A stretch of 64,000 nt of DNA, taken from Gemmatimonas sp. GTDB lineage: Bacteria; Gemmatimonadota; Gemmatimonadetes; Gemmatimonadales; Gemmatimonadaceae. The DNA lies in assembly GCA_965279375.1 (NCBI GenBank), contig OZ257156.1:2304001-2368000 (forward strand), in the 5' to 3' direction. Position 1 is the stretch's first letter. Each line of letters begins with the position of its first letter. The notes beneath the pieces are model-generated. The model searched no databases. It saw only the letters and a list, made by a program, of their open reading frames with translations, and was not told where the DNA came from. This document shows positions 30,875-39,208 of the stretch, in pieces. A program made the position numbers and the translations under genes.

Positions 30875-31053
30875 CGCTTCTCGGCCTGCACCATCTGGGC
30901 GTCCACGTCTCCACTGACCATCGCGCGGCTCGCGCCGCCGATCTGTCCGATCATGCGCTCCGCCACGTTCAGGTCGTGCAAGTGCGCGTCCTTCCAGCCG
31001 TAGCCATACCCGATGGCCACGCCGATGCACAGAATGAGGAGGAACTTGAACAT
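30871..31053 (-). CDS. Small membrane-anchored protein (60 aa)
   Basis: MFKFLLILCIGVAIGYGYGWKD...; stop overlaps the downstream start. Confidence 0.65.
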   Translation of the reverse strand: MFKFLLILCIGVAIGYGYGWKDAHLHDLNVAERMIGQIGGASRAMVSGDVDAQMVQAEKR

Positions 31054-31190
31054 GAATCCAGGGGGTGGGGGCGGTGAAACGGCCCGGTGATCTACCCCTG
31101 ACGACGCACTGTCGCAGAGCCGCGTAACGGCACTTTCGCCCACTCTGTCACACCCACGGCAACGCCCTCACGTGCGCTGCCGTTCTGTCC

Positions 31191-31802
31191 TCATCCTAGT
31201 CGTGCGGCCGGGACAAATCGCGCGGCATCGGGGAACGGCGCAATCGCCGGCTGCGGCTTGCCGGCCTTCACGGGAAGCGATGCCATCCATGCCTCGAAGC
31301 CTGACGCGACGAGGCTGTCGCTCGCGTCCTGCTGCGCTGCCGCGCGCGTCGCGAGATGATTGGCGTATTCGTTCTGCGGGTGCCCGGCGTGTCCTTTCAC
31401 CCACTGCCACATGCACTCGTGCGCGGCGATCGCCTCGACGGCATCCTGCCACAACTCGAGGTTCTCCACCGCGCCTTCCTTTCGCTTCCAGCCTCGCGCA
31501 ATCCACCCGCGTACCCACGACGTCATCCCATCGACGATGTAGCGCGAGTCGGTGGTGAAGTGAATCGAGAGTGCGTTGCCTTTGCGCGAGAGTGCGCGCA
31601 CCGTGTCCGTCACGGAGCGAAGCGCCATGCGATTGTTGGTCGTGTTTGGCTCCGACGCCCACAGATCGAATCGCTGCAGCGTTCCATCGGCGCGACGGAA
31701 TTCAATCAGCGCGCCGAAGCCGCCCGGCGTGTCTCCGGCCTTGCCGTTGCCCAGGCACGACTCGTCCGCGTACACGGACACCAATGGGTAGCGCGCGCTC
31801 AT
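31191..31802 (-). CDS. rnhA: Ribonuclease HI with atypical active-site residues
   Basis: YADESCLGN, TTNNRM, TTDSRY..G.T.W, W..RGWK, VENLELW, WVKGHAGHPQNE. Confidence 0.9.
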   Translation of the reverse strand: MSARYPLVSVYADESCLGNGKAGDTPGGFGALIEFRRADGTLQRFDLWASEPNTTNNRMALRSVTDTVRALSRKGNALSIHFTTDSRYIVDGMTSWVRGWIARGWKRKEGAVENLELWQDAVEAIAAHECMWQWVKGHAGHPQNEYANHLATRAAAQQDASDSLVASGFEAWMASLPVKAGKPQPAIAPFPDAARFVPAARLG

Positions 31803-32014
31803 CGCACGATCTCGATGGCGTCGAGTTCATCGAGAAACAGCTCGAGTCGCCCTCCAGTGGACGGATGTCGCGCGAGAATCACCTCGCGTCCGCCTACGAG
31901 TCGCAGCTGATCGGGAATGACGAGATACTCGGTGCCTCGACGCCAGATCGAAATGCGCTTGCCATCCACGATCGCCCGTTCGAGCCGATCGTAGTCACCC
32001 ACCGACATGTCCAT
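31799..32014 (-). CDS. Small protein, WYL/Sm-like fold suspected
   Basis: 71 aa: LERAIVDGKRISI...LVIPDQL...VILAR...RLELFLDELDAIEIV; TGA overlaps the rnhA ATG. Confidence 0.65.
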   Translation of the reverse strand: MDMSVGDYDRLERAIVDGKRISIWRRGTEYLVIPDQLRLVGGREVILARHPSTGGRLELFLDELDAIEIVR

Positions 32015-32046
32015 GACTTTCCAGTTAACGTCTGATCTGCGCCCGC

Positions 32047-33201
32047 TCAGCGACCCCAAGCCGCGCACACCTGTTCCAGCACAGCGGTCGCCTGCTCCAG
32101 CTGTTCATGCTCCACCCACTCCTCGGCGGAGTGCGCACGCGCAATATCACCGGGCCCGAAGCACAGCGCTGGTATACCGGCCGCGTTGAACAATGCCGCA
32201 TCGGTCCAGCAGGCGAGCCCCGTGACCGTTTCGCTGAGCCCTTGAGCGCCCACGGCAGACAACACCGCACGCGTCAGCGGCGCATCCAGCGCAAGATCGC
32301 TGGGTGGCTGCGCGCACGCGAGGGAGAGCGTCGCCTCGAATTCCGGACGTGACGCGCGGATCTCGTCGCAGAGTGCCTGCACTTCCTGCATGACACTCAC
32401 AGCGAGTTCACCCGGAATCGTGCGGCGCTCGATGCGCAGCGTGCACTGATCGGCATATGTAGACCAACCCGTTCCGCCGTGAATCGTCGCGGCATGCAAC
32501 GATGGACGACCGAGCAGCGGATGTTGACGCTGCGTCAGCACGTCGTACTCGAATCGATCGAGCGCTGCGAGGAGTAGTCCGGCATGCCGTACCGCATCCA
32601 CTCCCACGTCGTAGCGACTGCCGTGTGCGGCGATGCCGCGTAGCACGACCTCGATCCACGCAAAGCCCTTGTGCGACGGCACGACGGCGAGACGCGTTGG
32701 CTCCGTGACGATCGCGCCCGCAGCACGCAGTCCATTCTCCAGCAATGCACGTGTGCCGATCGATTCGTACTCCTCGTCGCACACGGCGGCGATCACCATC
32801 TCGCTGACGAGCGAGCCGCGCGCCGAGGCCCGCGCGGCGGCGACGCACATCGCGGCGATTCCGCCTTTCATGTCACTCGAGCCGCGTGCGTACAGGCTAC
32901 CGTTGCGAGTCAGTGGCACGAACGGGTCATGCACCATGCCGTCGGTGCCGACGACGTCGAGGTGGCCGTTGAGCACCAACGGCGTTCGTCCGGTCGGACC
33001 GATGCGCGCTACGACATTCGGCCGCCCAGGAGCGACTTCATCCAACGACACGGCGAAGCCCCAGCCGCTCAGTACCTTCGCCAAGAACTGCGCGCACGCC
33101 ATCTCACCGGGTGCGCCAGGCACCAGGCTGGGATTGCGCGAATCGATCGCGACGAGCGCTTCAGTGAGCGCGATGGGATCGAGCGGGAATCGAGAATGCA
33201 C
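32047..33201 (-). CDS. M20 family metallopeptidase (ArgE/DapE-like deacylase)
   Basis: NGHLDVV, RGSSDMKGG, DEE, EPT, AHGS, GPG...AHSAEEWV. Confidence 0.92.
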   Translation of the reverse strand: MHSRFPLDPIALTEALVAIDSRNPSLVPGAPGEMACAQFLAKVLSGWGFAVSLDEVAPGRPNVVARIGPTGRTPLVLNGHLDVVGTDGMVHDPFVPLTRNGSLYARGSSDMKGGIAAMCVAAARASARGSLVSEMVIAAVCDEEYESIGTRALLENGLRAAGAIVTEPTRLAVVPSHKGFAWIEVVLRGIAAHGSRYDVGVDAVRHAGLLLAALDRFEYDVLTQRQHPLLGRPSLHAATIHGGTGWSTYADQCTLRIERRTIPGELAVSVMQEVQALCDEIRASRPEFEATLSLACAQPPSDLALDAPLTRAVLSAVGAQGLSETVTGLACWTDAALFNAAGIPALCFGPGDIARAHSAEEWVEHEQLEQATAVLEQVCAAWGR

Positions 33202-33248
33202 AGGGTTGGCTGAGACACCCGGAGCATACCGCGCGGTGGCGCGATTGG

Positions 33249-34229
33249 TCAGTCCGCGTCGCTCCACGAAACACGCGCACCATTCCGTGCCACTCGCCAC
33301 GGCAGCAGCTCGCCCCACGCTCTTGCCGCCCCCTCCACCGCACGAATCCGCTCCGGCGGTGCCATGACGATCACGCACCCACCGCCCGACGCACCCAGCG
33401 CCTTTACCGCCGATGCCCCTGCACGGCGCGTCGCCTCTTCCAGGCGGTCGATCCGTTCGGTGCTGATCTTGGGATGCAGCGATCGCTGATGGATCCAATG
33501 CTCATCCACCAGCGCGGCAAGACTCGACACATCGCCGGCGGCTATCGCGTCGCGCATCGACATCGCCAGCGTCTTCATGCGATCCAGCGCCTGCAGCACG
33601 CGCGGCTCCCGATCGGCGTACGCATTCAGCACCGCCGAGATCGTCGTTCCGGAGATTCGCGACTCGCCTGTATAGATGAGCAGGCACTGCGCCTCTAGCG
33701 CGTCGCAGGCGGTCTGCGTCAGCGGGATCTGCTCCACGGTCGTCTCGCGACCGAACGTCAAGCCGAGCGCGCCGCCGAACGCGGCGGCATAGTGGTCCTG
33801 AAAGCCGCCCGCCACTCCAAGTTCGTTCACTTCCACCGCGCGGCTCCACTCGGCGAGCGCCTGCGGGTCGGTCGGGCGCTTCTGTAGCGTGGCCAGCGCG
33901 ATCGCGAGGGCGACGCCTGCCGCCGAGGACCCGCCTAGCCCTGCGGCAACGGGAAAATCGGACGTGAGCGCGCAGCGATGCAGTGACCCGACGGGACCAT
34001 GACGAGCAGCCGCACGAAGCGCGGCGGCCACGAGCGGGCCGTCGTCCGATGGCGGGCCGTCGGTCGGGGCAAATCGGAATGCGACCGTCGCTCGTCGCTC
34101 GATGGCGAGGTTACAAACGAAGCCGCCTCGCTCTTCGGGGAAGGGTGGGACATCTGTCCACCCTCCGCCAAAGTCGAGGCGCGTCGGCGCCGACGCGCTG
34201 AGCGTGCGGCGCAATTGAGGCTCGTTCAC
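33249..34229 (-). CDS. GHMP family sugar kinase (HddA-like)
   Basis: APTRLDFGGGWTD, PVAAGLGGSSA, GFQDHYAAAFGG, KALGASGGG. Confidence 0.88.
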   Translation of the reverse strand: MNEPQLRRTLSASAPTRLDFGGGWTDVPPFPEERGGFVCNLAIERRATVAFRFAPTDGPPSDDGPLVAAALRAAARHGPVGSLHRCALTSDFPVAAGLGGSSAAGVALAIALATLQKRPTDPQALAEWSRAVEVNELGVAGGFQDHYAAAFGGALGLTFGRETTVEQIPLTQTACDALEAQCLLIYTGESRISGTTISAVLNAYADREPRVLQALDRMKTLAMSMRDAIAAGDVSSLAALVDEHWIHQRSLHPKISTERIDRLEEATRRAGASAVKALGASGGGCVIVMAPPERIRAVEGAARAWGELLPWRVARNGARVSWSDAD

Positions 34230-34242
34230 GCGAGCCCGGTAC

Positions 34243-35124
34243 TTACTTCTTGGCGGTCTTCTTGGCCGGTGCCTTGGCGGCCGGCTTGGCCGGCGCCTTG
34301 GCCGCAGGCTTCGCAGGGGCCTTGGCCGGCGCCTTAGATGCAGACTTCGCAGCAGGAGCAGCCTTGGCTGGCGCGGCCGACTTGGCGGGAGCCGCAGCCT
34401 TAGCCGGCGCCTTTGCCGCTGGCTTGGCGGCGGGCGCAGCCTTGGCCGGAGCTGCGGCCTTCGCAGGCGCAGCAGCCTTTACCGGTTCCGGCGCCGGAGC
34501 AGCCTTGGCGGGTGCCTTGGCTGCGGGCTTCTCGGCGACCTTCTCGGCCGGCTTTTCCGCGACCTTCTCGACGACCTTCTCCGCAACCTTCTCAACCTTG
34601 GGCGCGACGGGCTTGGCGACCGGCGCCGGGCGATCCGGAGAGCGAGGCGGTTCGATGCGCATGGCGGCGCGCGCTTCGAGCGCTGCCTCGGCGGCGGCGG
34701 CGGGAGCCGCGACAGCCTTGGGCATCTGGCCGAGCGGGATCGGCTTTGGCGGTGGCGCCTTGGGTTCCGGCTTGGGGAGCGAGCCGTGCTTGGCGATGTA
34801 CGCCGCCTCGGCCTGCTGGATCAGCACTTCGGCTTCCTCGGCGCCCATCTGGCCGCGGCGGACCATGTAATGCACCAGGTCGCGAGCGCTTTCGATGGCG
34901 AAGGCGCTGAATCCCGCCGCCGCACCGATCACTTCGCGCATGGCGCCGGCCATCTTGCTGCCGGCCTCCAGGCTGATTTCATGCGCCCGCGCGGCCATTT
35001 CGGCAGCGGTGTCGCGCGCATCCGCAGCGCGGTGTCCAGGGCCACGACGAGGGGGGGGGCTGGCGGCCGGTGCGGCCTCGCCTTCCGTCATCGCTTCGTC
35101 GTCTTCCTGCGGCTTATCGGCCAT
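34243..35124 (-). CDS. PhaF-like protein: phasin-type N-terminal domain plus histone H1-like AKP-rich tail
   Basis: GAAAGFSAFAIESARDLVHYMVRRGQMGAEEA segment; C-terminal (A)AKPA/KAPA/KAAPA repeats and AEKV/AEKP repeats. Confidence 0.7.
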   Translation of the reverse strand: MADKPQEDDEAMTEGEAAPAASPPPRRGPGHRAADARDTAAEMAARAHEISLEAGSKMAGAMREVIGAAAGFSAFAIESARDLVHYMVRRGQMGAEEAEVLIQQAEAAYIAKHGSLPKPEPKAPPPKPIPLGQMPKAVAAPAAAAEAALEARAAMRIEPPRSPDRPAPVAKPVAPKVEKVAEKVVEKVAEKPAEKVAEKPAAKAPAKAAPAPEPVKAAAPAKAAAPAKAAPAAKPAAKAPAKAAAPAKSAAPAKAAPAAKSASKAPAKAPAKPAAKAPAKPAAKAPAKKTAKK

Positions 35125-35400
35125 GGATCGAACGCACTCCTTCCGCCAAACATGGTGGGCACGGAGACCTGGAGTGCGTACCGCGCGCTCTAGCAAGCGC
35201 GCATTGTGCCTTCCGGGTCGTCCAGAATGCGGGTAACTATATGATTTTCAGACATCTACGCAAGTCGCTGCGGTGCAAAAAGTGCCCTCGACATACATGG
35301 TATATGCGAGCTGCGGCCGGGATCGACTGGTGCGAGAGCGCTCGGCGATCCATTCGGAATAGAGAATTTAGAAGCACTATCAGGACATTTTGGAAACAGT

Positions 35401-36528
35401 ATGAAGACACTTCCGCTAAAAGACGTTCGAGTGCTCGATCTGTCGCGGGTGCTCGCCGGGCCACTCTGCACGATGATGCTGGGTGATCTGGGGGCGAACG
35501 TCATCAAGGTCGAGCGGCCTGGCACGGGCGACGACACGCGTGGTTGGGGGCCGCCGTTCGCGGCGGATGGGCAGTCGGCCTATTTCCTGAGCAGCAATCG
35601 GAACAAGCTCTCGATCGCTGCTGACTTCCGGAATCCGGAAGATCGCGATCTCGTTTTGTCGCTCATCCGCGGCGCGGATGTCGTCATCGACAACTTCCTA
35701 CCCGGCTCACTGGCTCGATATGGGCTTGATAGAGCTTCTGAACTGGCAGCTAATGAGCGCCTGATCTGGTGCTCGATCTCCGGATTTGGCGCAGATAGCC
35801 AGCGACCCGGCTACGATTTCGTCGTGCAAGCCGAATCCGGGTGGATGTCGATCAACGGCCCCGAGGCCGGACCGCCGATGCGAACCGGGGTTGCCTTGGT
35901 CGATGTCATTACCGGCAAGGACGCGGCGATCGCCATTCTCGCTGCGCTGGCGGGCCGGGAGCTTGGGCACCCGATCGAGCGAGAGATCGAGATCTCGCTG
36001 CTCGGGAGCGCGACCGCGGCGCTCATCAACGTTGGGCAGAACACGCTCGTCAGCGGACTGGAAGCCAAGCGCTGGGGCAACGCGCACCCCAACCTCGTCC
36101 CCTATCAGTTGTTCGACGCGGCGGACCGGCCGTTCGTGATCGCGGTCGGGTCAGACACGCAATGGATTGCGGCGGCCAACGCGCTCGGCCTGTCCGAGCT
36201 CGCAGCCGACCCCGCGCTGGCGACCAACGCCGGCCGCCTCGCCCACCGGCAGCGCCTCGTCGACGCTATCACAGCCCGGGTGCTGGGCGCGGACGCCTCC
36301 GTCTGGCTGGCCGCGCTCGATGCCGCCGGCGTCCCCTGTGGCGTGGTCCGTTCCGTCGGCGAAGCGTTACAGAATGTGCAGGCGTCGCCGGTCACAGGAA
36401 TCTCGTCCCCAGTGAACGGTGTCGTTCGCTACCCGCCACCGTCACTAAGTGCGCACAAAAAAGAAATTCAAGAAAAACAGTGGAGAGCTTTCGATGACGT
36501 GCCGATACTGCCTCAACAGGTCCTGTGA
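35401..36528 (+). CDS. CoA-transferase family III (CaiB/BaiF)
   Basis: VRVLDLSRVLAGP, LGANVIKVE, GDDTR, NRNKLS, GYDFVVQAESG, catalytic D in LVDVITG. Confidence 0.93.
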   Translation: MKTLPLKDVRVLDLSRVLAGPLCTMMLGDLGANVIKVERPGTGDDTRGWGPPFAADGQSAYFLSSNRNKLSIAADFRNPEDRDLVLSLIRGADVVIDNFLPGSLARYGLDRASELAANERLIWCSISGFGADSQRPGYDFVVQAESGWMSINGPEAGPPMRTGVALVDVITGKDAAIAILAALAGRELGHPIEREIEISLLGSATAALINVGQNTLVSGLEAKRWGNAHPNLVPYQLFDAADRPFVIAVGSDTQWIAAANALGLSELAADPALATNAGRLAHRQRLVDAITARVLGADASVWLAALDAAGVPCGVVRSVGEALQNVQASPVTGISSPVNGVVRYPPPSLSAHKKEIQEKQWRAFDDVPILPQQVL

Positions 36529-36573
36529 CTTCCCATCTGTCGGTTCGTCCACTCAACGAGACGAGAAGCAACG

Positions 36574-37206
36574 ATGTCCTCTACGATTCCGTGGTCAGCA
36601 GGGGTGTCGGTCCCGATCGTGCGGCGCTATTCTGGCACCGTGACTATGTCGGAACCCGAAATCCAGCTCCCCGAGGTCGATTCAGACCAGGATGTCATCT
36701 CCCGCGTAATCGCGGGTGATCGCGACGCATTCGCGGTGCTAATCGGTCGGTACAGCGATCCGCTGTACCGTCACGCTCTTGGCATGACGGGCAGTCCTGA
36801 CGTCGCCGAGGACATTCTCCAGACGTCGTTCATCAAGGCCTACCATCACCTGACCGAGGTGCGTGGCCGCTTCGACGCCTGGTTGTTCCGGATCGTTGCG
36901 AACGGGTGCAAGGATTGGCTGAAGAACATTCGGCGCACGCACCTGAGCTACGACGAAGACGATCAGCCCTCCGGCTATGCGAGCCCCGATGAGGACCTCG
37001 ACCGCACCGAACTGCGGAACGACCTCGACTATGCGCTCGCACAGCTGGCCCCATCGCTCCGCGAAGCCTTCATCATGAAGCACGTTGAAGGACGTTCGTA
37101 CGAAGAGATGGCGGACCTTCTGGGGACCACCGTAGGCGCACTGAAGATGCGCGTGCATCGGGCACGCGAGGCTCTTCAGGCCCTGCTCGAGGAGAAATAC
37201 GCCTGA
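36574..37206 (+). CDS. ECF RNA polymerase sigma factor
   Basis: GDRDAF, AEDILQ.SF.KAY, FDAWLFRI..N.CKD, EGRSYEEMA..LG..VG.LK.R.HRAR. Alternative ATG near 36646. Confidence 0.93.
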   Translation: MSSTIPWSAGVSVPIVRRYSGTVTMSEPEIQLPEVDSDQDVISRVIAGDRDAFAVLIGRYSDPLYRHALGMTGSPDVAEDILQTSFIKAYHHLTEVRGRFDAWLFRIVANGCKDWLKNIRRTHLSYDEDDQPSGYASPDEDLDRTELRNDLDYALAQLAPSLREAFIMKHVEGRSYEEMADLLGTTVGALKMRVHRAREALQALLEEKYA

Positions 37207-37679
37207 TGCTAGACCAACACGAAGCGCACGACGGCTCGAACGACCTGAGCCAGCACAAGGAGCACCGCGATGCCGCGGGCGACCGTCCGCAGGCCGACCG
37301 TCCGCTCGCTGATCGCGAAGTGCCGCTTCAGGGATTGACCGCAGCGACCGACGGTGCCGCCCTCGCGATCAATCACTGGCTGGATGGCGATGTGACCGAA
37401 GCCGACGCGCGTCGCGCGGACAGCAAGCAGGTGGACATGTGGAAGCTCGTGGCGGCGGAGACCGATCGCCGCAAGCGCATGGTGACGCCGGCCCACGTGG
37501 CCGCCAACATCATGGCCGCATTGCCGGAAAAGCAGATCCAGACCTCCGCCGCGAAGGTCGCGACTACCGCGACCGTGTCGCAGGTGGAGTCGGAGCGTGG
37601 ATTGTCGGTGAACATGGCTGCCGCGATCGGTGCGGGGCTGTTCGCCATCGGACTCGCGATCGGCAAGCTGGTGCTGTAG
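37206..37679 (+). CDS. Hypothetical protein, candidate anti-sigma factor with C-terminal TM
   Basis: TGATG overlap with the sigma gene; INHWLDGD motif; single TM at the extreme C-terminus. Confidence 0.65.
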   Translation: MLDQHEAHDGSNDLSQHKEHRDAAGDRPQADRPLADREVPLQGLTAATDGAALAINHWLDGDVTEADARRADSKQVDMWKLVAAETDRRKRMVTPAHVAANIMAALPEKQIQTSAAKVATTATVSQVESERGLSVNMAAAIGAGLFAIGLAIGKLVL

Positions 37680-37702
37680 TCACACGCGCAGTCTGGCAGC
37701 AA

Positions 37703-37745
37703 ACGAAAGCGCCCGGCCGGAGAGACTCTCCGCCGGGCGCTTCGT
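37703..37745 (+). terminator. Intrinsic terminator
   Basis: aagcgcccggc-cggagag-a-ctctccg-ccgggcgctt followed by cgtgtttc. Confidence 0.75.
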
Positions 37746-37843
37746 GTTTCCCGCCGCACCGAGCGCCGTGACTGGCGTCTCGCGCTTCCCGGTGATCTCC
37801 GGCGCGGCTTGACAGCCCGTTCGTGAAGGCGGAATGTCGCCCA

Positions 37844-38689
37844 ATGCCCACTTCGCAGCCTTCCTTGTCGATCGCAAGCGCGCTGACCACCACCGGCGAC
37901 GTTCGTACGTGGCTCACCGCACTCGAGCAGCAGCTATTGGCAGCGCGAGACCGACGCGGCGTGTTCGTGACCGCATACCTCACCATCACGAAAGCCGTCG
38001 AGGCGCAGTGCGACGCCGGCGGATTCCACGACCCAGCGTGGGTTCGTCGCTATCTGGTCGCATTCGGCACGCTGTACCGCGACGCGCTGCGACAGGACCA
38101 ACTCGCGCGTGCGGCGACGGCCGCGAACCCTCCCGTACGAGTGCCCAAAGCCTGGCGCGTGGCCTTCGACGCCGCACGCGATCGACGCGGCTGGGTGATT
38201 CAGCACCTCATGCTCGGCGTCAACGCGCACATCAATCACGATCTGGCGCTCGCGCTGTTGATGGTCGGCATCGATACCGACCGTGCGCAGCGCTACGCCG
38301 ACCATACGGCGGTGAATGTGGTGCTCGAGCGCGCCACGCTGGCGCTCAAGACCGAGGTGGCAACCAAGTGGGCACCGATTCTCGAACGACTCGATCATGC
38401 GGGTGGCACCCTCGACGATGACGTCACCGAGTTCAGCATCGCCAAGGCGCGCGACCACGCGTGGGCGATGGCGGTCGCGATCGACGCGACGCGTGGGACG
38501 CCCGGTGAATCGCTCGTACGCATGGCGCTCAACGATCAGGCTGGCGTACTGGCCCGACTCATTCTCGCACCGCCGGTAGAGAGCCCTGTGATATCGCAAT
38601 CAAAGCGCGTGCTCGAACGACTCGATCAGGCGGCGCGCGTCGCCGATCGTGTGGCCGCGTTCGCTTCCGGTGGGCGCCTGGGACTGTAG
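37844..38689 (+). CDS. DUF5995-like protein
   Basis: DRRGVF..YL.IT, F.DP.WV, P.AW..AF, LGVNAHINHDL, DH..VN.VL. Confidence 0.75.
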   Translation: MPTSQPSLSIASALTTTGDVRTWLTALEQQLLAARDRRGVFVTAYLTITKAVEAQCDAGGFHDPAWVRRYLVAFGTLYRDALRQDQLARAATAANPPVRVPKAWRVAFDAARDRRGWVIQHLMLGVNAHINHDLALALLMVGIDTDRAQRYADHTAVNVVLERATLALKTEVATKWAPILERLDHAGGTLDDDVTEFSIAKARDHAWAMAVAIDATRGTPGESLVRMALNDQAGVLARLILAPPVESPVISQSKRVLERLDQAARVADRVAAFASGGRLGL

Positions 38690-38776
38690 TCGCATCGCGC
38701 GCGACCAAACGGCGGAACGTTTCGATGACGCGGGGTCTGACGAGGTGCAGGTTTCTCTCATCAGCGAGCGCACCCG

Positions 38777-39133
38777 ATGTCCGACAAACAGAGCGGTTAC
38801 AAGCACGACGCCAGCGACAAGAAGCTCGACAAGGCAGCGGTGTCAGCGGCAGAAGTGGAAGCCGCAGCACATGGGCACGCGCACGCGGGACATGACCCCG
38901 AGAAGATTCGTCAGCACGACGACGCTGGAAAGGATCGCTTGTTCGAAGGACGCATTCAGCACGACGATGCGGACAAGGAAAGCAATCGCAATCGCTTGGA
39001 GAAAGACGTCGCCAAGCATCATCACGCGCCGGACGAGGTTGGGACGATCTCCGACACGGACACGCACTCGAAGCACGCAAAGGAAGAGAAAGCCGAGCAG
39101 AAGCACGAACACAAGATCGAACACAAGCACTAG
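38777..39133 (+). CDS. His/Asp/Lys-rich hydrophilic small protein
   Basis: 118 aa, strongly host-like codon usage, followed by a terminator. Confidence 0.75.
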   Translation: MSDKQSGYKHDASDKKLDKAAVSAAEVEAAAHGHAHAGHDPEKIRQHDDAGKDRLFEGRIQHDDADKESNRNRLEKDVAKHHHAPDEVGTISDTDTHSKHAKEEKAEQKHEHKIEHKH

Positions 39134-39153
39134 CCCGGCACGCGAAAAACTAA

Positions 39154-39187
39154 ACGGCCCGACGATGCAGAGGCATCGTCGGGCCGT
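39154..39187. terminator. Bidirectional terminator
   Basis: acggcccgacgatgc-agag-gcatcgtcgggccgt between convergent genes. Confidence 0.75.
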
Positions 39188-39208
39188 CGTGCGAATTGGA
39201 CCCTGTGG

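Noticed and set aside
34243..34620. Tandem-like DNA repeats suggesting CRISPR or VNTR
   Set aside because: Degenerate and codon-phased, explained by the AKP-rich protein tail; no constant repeat with unique spacers.
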